Source of the DNA: a bacterium
GTDB lineage: Bacteria; SAR324; NAC60-12
NCBI GenBank assembly: GCA_965209155.1
Contig: OZ242383.1
Coordinates: 4,103,403 to 4,167,402, forward strand
Length of the DNA stretch: 64,000 bases
Direction: 5' to 3'
Positions 51,824 through 62,150 of the stretch are shown one piece after another (positions within the stretch are counted from its first letter, which is position 1; the number at the start of each line of letters is the position of its first letter). Position numbers and translations under genes: made by a program. The notes beneath the pieces are model-generated. The model made no database searches and was not told the DNA's origin. It saw only the letters and a program-made list of their open reading frames with translations.

Positions 51824-54800
51824 TTATGAGGGTTTTAGGTGGTACTGTTTTATTTTTCGATACAAGGTTTTAGGATTAACCTCCAGAAGGGCTGAAACTT
51901 TGCTCTGTTGCCAGTCATTATCGTCCAGCACCCTGGTCAAATACAGTTTTTCGAATCGCTTCATAGTGGCATCCAAGGATTCATTGGTTTCACGCGCCTC
52001 AACTGAGACCGGTAGTTCTGTTTGGCTGGCATCGACTAAAGAGGAATCGAGGAAGTCGAGTTTCTTGAGCGTCAGGTAGCGATGCATGGTGTTGATCAGT
52101 TCCCTGACGTTTCCCGGCCAATCATAGGAGGTCAGAGCTTCCATAACAGCGACAGTGATCGTGGGCAGGTTCTTTGAGGAAGGGTAGTTTTGCATAAAAT
52201 GCTCGATCAAAAGGGGGATATCCTCTTTACGTTCCCGGAGAGGCGGCAAGTGAATGGGGATAATGTGGATGCGGTAGAAGAAATCCTCCCGCATCAAACC
52301 CTTTTTTATCTGCTCTTTTAAATCCTTATTGGTGGCGGCAATGACGCGAAAATCGGAGATTTCCGCTTTAAGGCCGCCTACTGGCGTGAACCCTCTGCCC
52401 TCAACAGCACGCAGCAGTTTGGCTTGCAGGTTGGGGCCGATTTCGCCCAATTCATCCAGGAAAAGCGTGCCTTTGTCTGCCAAATGGAGCAGGCCCAGCT
52501 TATCTGTGTTGGCTCCGGTAAAGGCCCCTTTTTTGTAGCCGAAAAACTCACTTTCCAAGAGGGTTTCCGCAACGCCGCCGGCGTTGACAGCAACAAAGGG
52601 TTTTTCTTTTCTATCACTCATCTCATGGATAGCTTCGGCCACCAGTTCTTTCCCGGTCCCTGATTCACCATAGACAATGACACCCGCATCGCTAGCCGCC
52701 GCCTTTAAGATCAATTCATAAATCTTTTGCATCACGGGGCTTTTGCCGATAATCTTTCCGAAGCGATAACGCTCCTTGATATTGGCCTTCAGGCGGACAT
52801 TTTCCTCACGCAAGGAGGTTTCGCTCGCTTTCAGTTCGTCCATCGCCTTTTTGAGGTTTTCGTGAAGCCTGGTATTTTCCAGGGAAATGGCGATCTGGGA
52901 GCTAAGGTGCTTGACCACCTCGAGTCGCCGGGAGGTGAAGGCTCCCTCAACCATGTTGTTTTCCAGGTAAATGATGCCGGTCAAGGCGGACTGAAGAGTG
53001 ATCGGTGCGCACAGGATGGATTTAGGACGCTCCCTCCGGATATAATCATCTATGGCAAACCGTTCTTCCCGGGCGGCGTTGTCCAAAACCAGGTGCTCCT
53101 GGGTTTGTTTCACCCAGGAGATGACCGAGAGGGAGAGGGACCCAACCTTTTCCACAGGCAAAGAAAGCGGCAGGAAATATTCGACCTGCTCGGCACTGCC
53201 ACGGGCAGCGATGAGAGACTGAGCTTCGGTTTCCAGTATCAGGGCTGCTGTCTGGGCCCCGGCATTTTCTATGAGAATACCAAGCAGGATCTCCAGCAGC
53301 GGTTCCAACTCGAGGGTACTGGAGATGGCCTCCGAGGCTTTGAGAATCGTCGCCAGGTCCAGGTTGGCCGAAGGAGACGCCGCTTCAGCACGATCATCGA
53401 CAATCAACCCGGGATATCGAGACTTCAGGTGCGCGACCTTCCGTTTTGCCCCCCAGGCTTCGTATTTTTCCATTGCTGAGCGCAGGTAAGCCCAGGCGGC
53501 GTCGCTCCGACCCTGGTTGAGCAAGTACCTGGCAGCCAGTTCATTGGCCAAGGCTTCCTCGTGGATAAATTCGCTCTCCCTGGCCAAAGCGATGGCCTGG
53601 TCATAGTGGTGCATAATGGCATCGGGTTCACCCTCCAAAACCCGCAACCGTTCGGCTTCCACCAGGTGGTATTTATGCAAATAATTAGACGGTGCGCAGC
53701 GCGCCAGTTTCTCCAACGTCTCCTGATGGCCATGAACCTGGGTGAGGATCTCCTCCTTTTCCCCCTCGCTCCCCTGGCTGTAAACCGCCAGGAGAGCGAG
53801 GGAGAGGTAGCAGTTGACCAGGGGATCCATAAGGGCATCCTTGTAGGTTTTCATCAGTTTGATCATTTCAAAAACCGTCTCCCGGGCTGCTTCGTATTCT
53901 TCGAACAGGTATAGCAGCACCAGCTTTTGGTAATTAAAACTGATCTGTTCATGATAGACGAACTCCGCACCCATCACCCTGTGGTAATGATCCATGATGC
54001 CGCTCGACAGGCTCGAAGGCTCCTCCATCAGAATCATGATTGCCTTCGTCAGCATTTCCACCTGGGGAGACCCGAGAATATAATCGATCTTCTTGAGAGC
54101 AAGCTTCAACGTCGACAATTCCCCTTTCAGCCAATTCAGTTCTTTTCCGCACATAAAGGCAATCTGACATCTTACGACAGCGCTACGACCGGCATTGAAA
54201 AAATCTCCCGTCTCGATTCCCATCTTATGAGCTTCCAGCAAGGGCTCCAATGATGCCGATAGCGGTTCCCGGTAGGACCGAGTCCCACCATTGAAACCCT
54301 CGGAAACTCTACAGTTAATTTCCTTCAGATCAAGCGCTTCCATGAGCTGTATGCCCAGACTGCCGAGTTCATAACCAAATTCAAAATCCTGCATAAACTC
54401 GCAATATATCGTTGCAAGGAGACCATAGGATTCGGGTGAATGTTTCGGATGAAAATTATTCAGCAGAAAAGAGATGCGTTTTGAAGCGATGGGCTGCCAA
54501 AGACCGTTATCCAAAGTAACCCCAGCCTCGCCATAGGCCACATGGAGCTCATAGAGGATAGGGACAAGGACCTCGGCATCCTGTTGGGTGAGCGGCTCAA
54601 AGCGCATCACGTCTGCGACGCTTTTACCGGCCAGGCCGGGTTTGATTTGAACGAGGGTCTGCTGCCACTGGTCGAGAGACAGACGGCTCAGTTGATACCC
54701 CAGTTTCTCCAGAATCTCCTCGCCCGTTTCCATGGCCTTCTTTAATTCACCCTGGTTGGTGTACGCCTTGATCAGGCATTGATAAACATTGGCCAGGTCC

Positions 54801-57793
54801 GGATCCTCTCGGACGTTGTCTTTTACGGCACCGGCCAGCTTCTCCATCAACTCGAAGCGGCCGCAGAGCCATGACATCTCCGTGGCTTCCTCATGCAGAG
54901 ATAAGGCCAGGGGGTAATGCCGTTTCCAGGCGGCGGCTCCTGAAAGCTCCAGGCCCACGGTAAAATATTCCAGGGCCTGTTCAAAAGCCGCAGCCGCCCT
55001 GGCCTTAAGACCGGCCTTCAGGTTGAGTTCCGCCAGGTGCGATCGTTCTTTCCATTTATCCTTCACCCTCCGGGCCAGGTTGAGATGATGGACGATGTCA
55101 AAAAGCAGATCTTCACCTTTCTCCGGAGCGTATTGCTTGAGCAGAGCCTGACCGATTTGAAGATGGACCGGCTGTTTCTCCTTTTGGGCAATGAGGGCAT
55201 AGGCAGCCTGCTGCACCCGGTCATGCAGGAATTTGTAGCTGCGGCTCTCCGCGCTCGCTCCGGAGATAGGATTATCCGGCTGCGGAGCTCGGAAAAAACC
55301 GAGGATCAACCCGGTTTCCAGAGCCGGCAACAGGTTCTCATAGAGTTCCCCGCTTCCGGCTCCACTGATCAGTCCTAACGATTCCAGGTCAAAGGTATTG
55401 CCGATGCAGGCCGCCAAGCTTAAGAGTTTCCTGGTTTCAGAGGGGAACCGGTGGAGCCGGTCAACCAGCAACTCCACCACATTCTCGGTCACCGCCAGGA
55501 ATTCGATGGCAGCCAGGTTCCAAATCCACTGTTTTTCCTCAGGGGAGAAGCGGATCAGGTTCTTTTCGGAGAGTAGGGTCAAAAACTGCCCCACAAAGAA
55601 GGGATTGCCTCCGGTTTTGCGCACCAGCAGTTCGGCCAGCGGTTTGGCCTCCTCAAGACGGCAGTGGCAGGTATGGACGAGCAGTAGTGAGATGTCATCC
55701 GGGTTGAGGGGCTTTAAGGGGATTATTTGCACAGGCAGGCCAGTTTTTTTGATCACCTCACGACTGATCATCAGCCGGTGATCGGCCTCCACCTCGTTGT
55801 CGCGATAGGCCCCCAGGAAAAGCAGAGGTTTCCTCTCCGGATCCTGAGCGATCCGTTCCACCAGCTTGAGGGTATCGGCGTCCACCCACTGCAAGTCATC
55901 CAGAAAAATAACCAGCGGATGGGTTTTTTCACAGAAAAGGTCGATGAACTCCAGTAAAACGGTAGTGAAGCGGTTGCGGGACTCCAGCGCTGCCATTTCC
56001 GGCAGCGGGGGTTGTGGGCCGATCATTTGTTCCAGTTCCGGGATCACCCGGGTCACCAGTTGTCCGTTGGGTCCCAGGGCAGCTCGTATCCTGCTTTTCC
56101 AACGCTCCATTCCGGATTTGTTTGCGACCGATATCTCCCGGATGAGTCCCCGCAGCGCCTCGATCAAGGCGCTGTAAGGGATATTGTGCCGGAGCTGGTC
56201 AAACTTGCCGGAGATGAGATAACCGCTTTTTTGGGCAACAGACCGGTGAATTTCACCGACCAGGGCGGTTTTGCCGACACCAGCAGTTCCCGAGACCAGC
56301 ACTATCTCGGTCCCTCCCTGGCTGACTCGCTGCAGGGCGCCTTCCAGGGCGATGATTTCATCCTCCCGGCCGTAAAGCCCCGGGGCGATCTGCAATTCTT
56401 TAGGAATGTCCAAGCGAGCCAGGGGAAAGTCGGACAGGCTCTCCTGGTTTTCCAGTTGCTCCAGACAAATCAGGAGATCGGCTGCCAGACCCGAGTGACT
56501 CTGGTAGCGCGCCTCGGCACGCTTGGCCAGCAGTTTCATCACCATATTAGAAAGAGTTTTAGGCACCCGCGGAGCCACCTGGTCCAGGGGTACGGGCTGC
56601 CGGGCAATGTGAGCGTGGATGATTTCCATGGCCTCCTGGGACCCAAAAGGCACTTTCCCGCTGAAAAGTTCATAAAGGGTAGCGCCCAGGGAATAAAAAT
56701 CACTGCGATAATCGAGGGGGCGGTTCATCCGGCCGGTCTGCTCGGGGGAGATATAGGGCAGGGTTTCCCCGCTTAGCCGGGGACTCAACGTCGTCAAATT
56801 TTCCTTAGGCAACCGGGTGGCCAGGCCGAAGCCGCTCAGTTTGACCGTCCCCGATGCCGGATCGACAAAAATATTGAACGGGTTGATCATTTTATGCAGG
56901 ATGCCCTGCCGGTGCACTTCTTTCAGGATGCCGATCAGTGAAACCGCTACCTTCAGCGAGTCCGGCAGGTCGAGCCGCGTGGTATCCATCAACTTTCTTA
57001 AAGGGAAACCTTCCGTGTTTTCCAGGATCAAGACCGATCCGTTTTTACATTGCACCAGTTCCTCTGACCTGAGGACCCCATCAATCTCCAGAGCCTGGGT
57101 GATCTCATGCTCATGCCGCATTTCCGCCAGCTCCTGGGCGCTCTGCTCAGAGGAAACCGCTCCCTTGATCAGGACCAAAAGCCCATCGCTTTGCCGCCTG
57201 CCACGCCAGAGCCGGGTCCGCCCACTTTCAAAAACGACCTCCTCCAGCGAGTAACCCGGAATCTCCGGATTTTTTCTGTCTGGAATCGTCCGCTCTTTTA
57301 GTGGATACCACTCTTTTGTTAGCCTGGATTGCGTTTCCATTCCCGGGCCAGTGGAGACTTCTTCCTTTGTCCCTTCAGGCATTTTGAAGCTTTTCAGCAG
57401 ATCCTCAAGGAAACCCTGGTCCTTTTCGATTTCGTGGATTTTTCCCAACATTCTCCGGGCAGCATGGTAATTTAATCCGATTTTTTCTGATAATTGTTGA
57501 GCCGTCGTCTCCCCGTTGCATACGGCCACATAGTAAATCCCCCAAAACCAGTAACGCAGCGGAGTTCGCGTCCGGTGCATCAGAGTGCCCGCTATGATCG
57601 AAGTCTGGTGTTTACAGTTTCTGCATTGCAGTAATTGACGTTTTTTCAGGGTATCGTATCGGTCACTACCGCAGACTGAGCACACAAAACCGGCTGGCCA
57701 ACGGAGATGGAAGAGGTGATTGCGACAGACTTCATCGTTCGAAAAATGCTTTTGGATCTCATGAATGGAATGAGCTTGAATTGTTTCATCCAC
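51824..57793 (-). CDS. Giant sigma54-dependent activator: IS1595-type Zn-ribbon/HTH, kinase-like, AAA, helical, GAF, sigma54 AAA+ and Fis-HTH domains
   Basis: LRWPAGFVCSVCG...QCRNCKHQTS; YISPEQTGR; GTAGVGKT and LDDLQW; GAF (SILCAPI..GIIYLEN); GESGTGKE, GAFTGA, FLDE, WPGNVREL; KTLYRKI. Confidence 0.9.
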   Translation of the reverse strand: MDETIQAHSIHEIQKHFSNDEVCRNHLFHLRWPAGFVCSVCGSDRYDTLKKRQLLQCRNCKHQTSIIAGTLMHRTRTPLRYWFWGIYYVAVCNGETTAQQLSEKIGLNYHAARRMLGKIHEIEKDQGFLEDLLKSFKMPEGTKEEVSTGPGMETQSRLTKEWYPLKERTIPDRKNPEIPGYSLEEVVFESGRTRLWRGRRQSDGLLVLIKGAVSSEQSAQELAEMRHEHEITQALEIDGVLRSEELVQCKNGSVLILENTEGFPLRKLMDTTRLDLPDSLKVAVSLIGILKEVHRQGILHKMINPFNIFVDPASGTVKLSGFGLATRLPKENLTTLSPRLSGETLPYISPEQTGRMNRPLDYRSDFYSLGATLYELFSGKVPFGSQEAMEIIHAHIARQPVPLDQVAPRVPKTLSNMVMKLLAKRAEARYQSHSGLAADLLICLEQLENQESLSDFPLARLDIPKELQIAPGLYGREDEIIALEGALQRVSQGGTEIVLVSGTAGVGKTALVGEIHRSVAQKSGYLISGKFDQLRHNIPYSALIEALRGLIREISVANKSGMERWKSRIRAALGPNGQLVTRVIPELEQMIGPQPPLPEMAALESRNRFTTVLLEFIDLFCEKTHPLVIFLDDLQWVDADTLKLVERIAQDPERKPLLFLGAYRDNEVEADHRLMISREVIKKTGLPVQIIPLKPLNPDDISLLLVHTCHCRLEEAKPLAELLVRKTGGNPFFVGQFLTLLSEKNLIRFSPEEKQWIWNLAAIEFLAVTENVVELLVDRLHRFPSETRKLLSLAACIGNTFDLESLGLISGAGSGELYENLLPALETGLILGFFRAPQPDNPISGASAESRSYKFLHDRVQQAAYALIAQKEKQPVHLQIGQALLKQYAPEKGEDLLFDIVHHLNLARRVKDKWKERSHLAELNLKAGLKARAAAAFEQALEYFTVGLELSGAAAWKRHYPLALSLHEEATEMSWLCGRFELMEKLAGAVKDNVREDPDLANVYQCLIKAYTNQGELKKAMETGEEILEKLGYQLSRLSLDQWQQTLVQIKPGLAGKSVADVMRFEPLTQQDAEVLVPILYELHVAYGEAGVTLDNGLWQPIASKRISFLLNNFHPKHSPESYGLLATIYCEFMQDFEFGYELGSLGIQLMEALDLKEINCRVSEGFNGGTRSYREPLSASLEPLLEAHKMGIETGDFFNAGRSAVVRCQIAFMCGKELNWLKGELSTLKLALKKIDYILGSPQVEMLTKAIMILMEEPSSLSSGIMDHYHRVMGAEFVYHEQISFNYQKLVLLYLFEEYEAARETVFEMIKLMKTYKDALMDPLVNCYLSLALLAVYSQGSEGEKEEILTQVHGHQETLEKLARCAPSNYLHKYHLVEAERLRVLEGEPDAIMHHYDQAIALARESEFIHEEALANELAARYLLNQGRSDAAWAYLRSAMEKYEAWGAKRKVAHLKSRYPGLIVDDRAEAASPSANLDLATILKASEAISSTLELEPLLEILLGILIENAGAQTAALILETEAQSLIAARGSAEQVEYFLPLSLPVEKVGSLSLSVISWVKQTQEHLVLDNAAREERFAIDDYIRRERPKSILCAPITLQSALTGIIYLENNMVEGAFTSRRLEVVKHLSSQIAISLENTRLHENLKKAMDELKASETSLREENVRLKANIKERYRFGKIIGKSPVMQKIYELILKAAASDAGVIVYGESGTGKELVAEAIHEMSDRKEKPFVAVNAGGVAETLLESEFFGYKKGAFTGANTDKLGLLHLADKGTLFLDELGEIGPNLQAKLLRAVEGRGFTPVGGLKAEISDFRVIAATNKDLKEQIKKGLMREDFFYRIHIIPIHLPPLRERKEDIPLLIEHFMQNYPSSKNLPTITVAVMEALTSYDWPGNVRELINTMHRYLTLKKLDFLDSSLVDASQTELPVSVEARETNESLDATMKRFEKLYLTRVLDDNDWQQSKVSALLEVNPKTLYRKIKQYHLKPS

Positions 57794-57844
57794 TTGGTGC
57801 TCCCATATCTAAGGCGATTTAATGAAAACATTAGATTTTAAATT

Positions 57845-58222
57845 GATGATTAAATGAAAACATTAGATTTTAATTTTCAGGTTGGAATAACCTTTCAGAT
57901 TATTTAACGCAAGAAAATTATGCGTCTTCCATCACAGAAACTTCATCACTCCTACGAAGTGGTCCGCTAAGATGATTAAATGAAAACATTAGATTTTAAA
58001 TTTTAGATTGGTATAACCTTTCAGATTATTTAACGCAAGAAAATTATGCGTCTTCCATCACAGAAACCTCATCGCTCCTACGAAGTGGTCCGCTAAGATG
58101 ATTAAATGAAAACATTAGATTTTAAATTTTAGATTGGTATAACCTTTCAGATTATTTAACGCAAGAAAATTATGCGTCTTCCATCACAGAAACTTCACCG
58201 CTCCTACGAAGTAGTCCGCTAA
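57845..58222. repeat. Tandem repeat, 3 x 126 bp, plus a degenerate partial unit at about 57809-57844
   Basis: GATGATTAAATGAAAACATTAGATTTT recurs at 57845, 57971 and 58097; units differ at only a few positions. Confidence 0.95.
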
Positions 58223-58455
58223 GATGAGAGATGATAGGCTGCTGCGGTAATTATATCTTTGGGGAATCGATGTCTTTTGAGACTGATCATGACCTTGACT
58301 CATCTCCGTACCCTCATAGCGAGGCGCATATGTCGAATTGTATTGCCAAAGTTTATACCTCTCCGGAGATTCAAGAGAAATTGCTGTCCTCCGCACAATG
58401 TGTTATTCTTTTGAAAAGACGACAAATTTCACCATTCATTCCTCTAGAGGACATC

Positions 58456-58953
58456 ATGACTGCTTTAGAATCCGTCAAAAATCACTCCTCTCCAAGACGG
58501 GTGCCTCCTCCTGCCAAGGAGTTGCTCAGGGTGAGTGAAGCCGAGTATTGGAAGACGTATTATGAACACCCGGATGGTTCATATGAATGGAACAATGGCC
58601 TCTTGGAGGAAAAGCCTATGCCAGATTTTTTAAGCATCTCCCTCTATGAATGGTTCTTCCACTTATTAAAAGAGTATTTGACCGTCTTTCCCATCGGACG
58701 GATGATGGTATTGGAAATGGGCTTTCGTTTGGCGGTGGGAAAGCAAAAGGTGAGTATTCGCAAACCGGATCTGGCCGTGATTCTCCACTCCAATCCTGTC
58801 GAGGCCAAACCGTTGGATCGTTCGTTTCATGGAGTGTGTGACCTCTGTATCGAGTTTTTATCCGACTCGACTCCCGCGGAGGAAGAAAAAGCGCTTGCGG
58901 AAGTCGAACGGCTGCGTGCTCTCCTCCAAGAGAAAGATTTTGATCCCCGCTAA
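58456..58953 (+). pseudogene. Uma2/DUF820-family nuclease, apparently internally deleted
   Basis: YEWNNGLLEEKPM, RKPDLAV, DLCIEFLSDS; then jumps to a coiled tail without the K..EY..GV.EY segment. Confidence 0.7.
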
Positions 58954-59005
58954 AATTCTATGCCCCTCACAAAGGTCTTTTTCGATCCTTATCTCTATGG
59001 CCATT

Positions 59006-60091
59006 CTACGGATTTCCTCCGGAAGGAAGGACATCGGCCAATTGGTCACGGACCCCGTAAGGGTCGAAGAGGGCTTCTACCTGAGCCCAGGTGGTGGGAT
59101 CCACCGGGATGCCTTGGGCCAATCGCTCTTGGCGCGTCTTGGCGGATCTTTCCCCCGGAAAGACAACCCCGCCCGATCCTTCCATCGGGGGGGTATCTTG
59201 AAGGTATTTCATCATCTGTTGAACCTCGGCCCGGATGGTTTCCAGGGGCGCCATACGGCCCAGGTCGATGGCGAGTATCGTGGATCCTTCACACATTTCC
59301 GCCATATAAGTTTTTCCATGAGGAACAGCGATCTGGCCAAGAAGCCCCCCGAAAAGCGCGATCATGACCGAGAGCGCATATCCCTTGTAGCCGCCTTGCA
59401 GGCCACCGAGGGGAAATTGGGCACCCCCCTCATAGAAATCGTTCGGGTTCCGACTGGGAACTCCATGCTTATCAATGATCCAAGTATCCGGCAGCTCCTG
59501 TTCCTGGTTACGGTAGACCCGTATCTTCCCCTCAGAGGTGATCGAGGTAGAAATATCAAGCAGGACCGGGGCGCCTTCAGCATGAGGGAAGGCCATCGCT
59601 AAAGGGTTTGAGCCGAGCCGGCCTTCGCGTCCGCCAAAGGGAACCAGGGGGGCCCACGGTTTTCCCGCCCAGCCCGTGAACATGATGGCAGCCAAACCGG
59701 CCGCTGCTGCCATTTCGGGGTAGGTTCCGATGCGACCCGTATGAGTCAGGTTTCCCATACTCACCAGGCTGACTCCATGGTCACGAGCCTTCTCGATCGC
59801 CATTTCGGTCGCACGTGTGGCAACCACCTGTCCGAAGGTAGAATGGCCATCGATCTGGAGGATCGCCCCATGGTCGCCAACGACTTCCGGCTCTGCCTTT
59901 GGATCGACCACGCCTTCCTCAATTTCTTTCAGGTACTGGGGTAGGCGAATGAACCCATGGGAATCGTATCCCGCAAGATTGGCCTGGACCAGGTGCTCCG
60001 CCACGATACCAGTGTGACTGGCCGGAGCACCTCCTGCCTGCAACATCACATCGGTTATCCGGACAACCTGAAGTTTCGTCAATATTGGCAT
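59006..60091 (-). CDS. Ldh2-family (type 2 malate/L-lactate) oxidoreductase
   Basis: GYDSHG, THTGRIG, GSNPLA, GYKGYAL, FPGE. Confidence 0.92.
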   Translation of the reverse strand: MPILTKLQVVRITDVMLQAGGAPASHTGIVAEHLVQANLAGYDSHGFIRLPQYLKEIEEGVVDPKAEPEVVGDHGAILQIDGHSTFGQVVATRATEMAIEKARDHGVSLVSMGNLTHTGRIGTYPEMAAAAGLAAIMFTGWAGKPWAPLVPFGGREGRLGSNPLAMAFPHAEGAPVLLDISTSITSEGKIRVYRNQEQELPDTWIIDKHGVPSRNPNDFYEGGAQFPLGGLQGGYKGYALSVMIALFGGLLGQIAVPHGKTYMAEMCEGSTILAIDLGRMAPLETIRAEVQQMMKYLQDTPPMEGSGGVVFPGERSAKTRQERLAQGIPVDPTTWAQVEALFDPYGVRDQLADVLPSGGNP

Positions 60092-60175
60092 AGATTGCTC
60101 CTGAGAATTCAGTTTGTTATCGGGCTCTCACGCGAAGCATGGGAAACCATTTATCAAAGCTCTCCTTTCCAAAAA

Positions 60176-61111
60176 TCATGAAGCTCTCTTTTGGCGAGAT
60201 CCGCCATAGCGCCCTGCCGCCCCCCGCAACCGGGGGTCGAGCAAATCCCTGAGGGCGTCGCCGAAAATGTTGAGGCCGTAGACGACAATCATCAAAGCAA
60301 GACCAGGCCAGATGGACATCAAAGGAGATAGGAACATATAAGAGCGTCCGGAGCCACTGAGCATTCCTCCCCAGGTAGGATCGGGCGGGGGGATGCCCAA
60401 ACCCAGGAAGCTGAGGCCGGCTTCCCCTAAAATCATACCCGGCACAGTTGCCGAAAACAGGATGATGATGGTCGGCATAATATTGGGCAGGATATGTCGG
60501 GTTATGATTTTCGTAGTCGGACTGCCAATCGCCGCCGCCGCTTCTACATACATATTCTCTCGAATGGCGATCACGGCGCTTCTCATGATCCTGGAAACGC
60601 CGATCCCTTGTACCAACCCCATCGCGATAATCAGCTGCCACATCCCTGGCCCCACGATAGAGACCGCAAATAAGAAAATGATGAACGGCGGAAAGCAAAT
60701 CCACCCATCCACAAAACGCTGCACCACGATATCGAACTTACCTCCGAAAAACCCGGAAGGGACCCCGATCAATAAGGCAACCAGGATCGCCAGAGCAGAC
60801 GCCCCTAAACCGACAATCATAGAGATACGAGCCCCAAAGACAATACGGCTATAAATATCCCGCCCAAGGTTGTCCGCCCCGAGGAAATACTTAAATGAGG
60901 GGGGATGCAGGTAATCTCTCGGGTGAATGTCGTTCACTCCATAAGGCGCCAGCCAATCGGCAAAAATACCAGTAAAAAGAAAGAGCAGCACGATCATCCC
61001 GCCAATAAGACCCAGGGGTTGCTCCTTGACCAGCCTGGTCAAGAACACCACCGACCTGGCACGTCGTTTGGGCTCACTGATATTGGATGGGATTTCCAGG
61101 GTATTATTCAA
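60176..61111 (-). CDS. ABC peptide-type permease (DppC/OppC-like)
   Basis: LGADNLGRD, YVEAA..IG, EAGLSFLGLG, GDALRDLLDPR. Confidence 0.95.
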   Translation of the reverse strand: MNNTLEIPSNISEPKRRARSVVFLTRLVKEQPLGLIGGMIVLLFLFTGIFADWLAPYGVNDIHPRDYLHPPSFKYFLGADNLGRDIYSRIVFGARISMIVGLGASALAILVALLIGVPSGFFGGKFDIVVQRFVDGWICFPPFIIFLFAVSIVGPGMWQLIIAMGLVQGIGVSRIMRSAVIAIRENMYVEAAAAIGSPTTKIITRHILPNIMPTIIILFSATVPGMILGEAGLSFLGLGIPPPDPTWGGMLSGSGRSYMFLSPLMSIWPGLALMIVVYGLNIFGDALRDLLDPRLRGAAGRYGGSRQKRAS

Positions 61112-61172
61112 GATCGCTCCTTTTATCGTAACGGTTATCGGTAAACTGACAACCGTTAACCGATAACTTTTA

Positions 61173-62150
61173 TCAATACCGAATCCTGGGGTCCAGAAGG
61201 GCGTAGGTCAAGTCAACCACCAGGTTGGCCAGCATGATAATGATAGCGGCAAATATCGTTATTCCGGAGATTAAGGGATAGTCTCTATCATTAATGGCCT
61301 GTACCAATAAATGACCCAGGCCGGGCAAGCCGAATATCCTCTCGATGATAATGGTCCCCCCAATCACCCACGGTAACATAAATCCGATGACGGTGATCAC
61401 CGGAATGAGGGCGTTGGGAAGCGCATGCCGGAGGATGACCACCTTCTCCTTGAGTCCCTTGGACCAACCTGTCCTGATGTAATCATTCCTGAGGATCTCC
61501 AGCATCATGGTTCGTGTCATCCTCATGACTAACCCCGACATCAGCATGCCCAAAACCAGAGAGGGCACGATGAACTGCCCCAGGTTTTTAAGCGGGTCCT
61601 TCGTGAAACTGGTATACTCTATCGGCGGAGACCACCCCCACCAAAGCGAGGGGAAGACGATGACCAGCGTCCCCAGCCAGAAGTCGGGCATCGCGATAGC
61701 GAACATAGAAAAGCTGCGCGCGGTGTAGTCGCCAATGGTGTTTTGCCGTATTGCGGAATAGATCCCGATAGGGAGGGCTATCAGGATGGCTATTGTCAAA
61801 GTCAGGAGAGCAAGCTCAAAGGTTAAGGGTAATCGCTTGAGGACTATCCCAGTCACCGGGAGCTGGCTCCATAGGGATAATCCAAGGCTGCCTTGAAACA
61901 GTCCGGAAAAAGAGCCATGTTGGTCCCGAATCACTCCTATCCAGCGTCCGTATTGGACAGGGATCGGCGCATCCAGTCCCAGGCGTTTTCTGACTTCCTC
62001 TTTGGTCATTTCTGACATGTTTCCCAGCCCAGATGCCATCTGGGACACGACATCGCCGGGAATTAAGCGAATGGCAAAGAACACGATGAGACTCATTACG
62101 AAGATAGTGGGTATAATCAGGAGGACTCTCCTGATGATGTAGGCTTGCAT
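61173..62150 (-). CDS. ABC peptide-type permease (DppB/OppB-like)
   Basis: YIIRR, LGLD.P, DYIRTG..KGL, RHALPNA, LDPRIRY. Confidence 0.95.
   Translation of the reverse strand: MQAYIIRRVLLIIPTIFVMSLIVFFAIRLIPGDVVSQMASGLGNMSEMTKEEVRKRLGLDAPIPVQYGRWIGVIRDQHGSFSGLFQGSLGLSLWSQLPVTGIVLKRLPLTFELALLTLTIAILIALPIGIYSAIRQNTIGDYTARSFSMFAIAMPDFWLGTLVIVFPSLWWGWSPPIEYTSFTKDPLKNLGQFIVPSLVLGMLMSGLVMRMTRTMMLEILRNDYIRTGWSKGLKEKVVILRHALPNALIPVITVIGFMLPWVIGGTIIIERIFGLPGLGHLLVQAINDRDYPLISGITIFAAIIIMLANLVVDLTYALLDPRIRY

Noticed and set aside
57400-57793. Active IS1595 element
   Set aside because: No DDE catalytic domain or terminal repeats; only the N-terminal module is present.
57845-58222. CRISPR array
   Set aside because: Units are 126-bp near-identical tandem copies with no unique spacers, and no cas genes are in the window.
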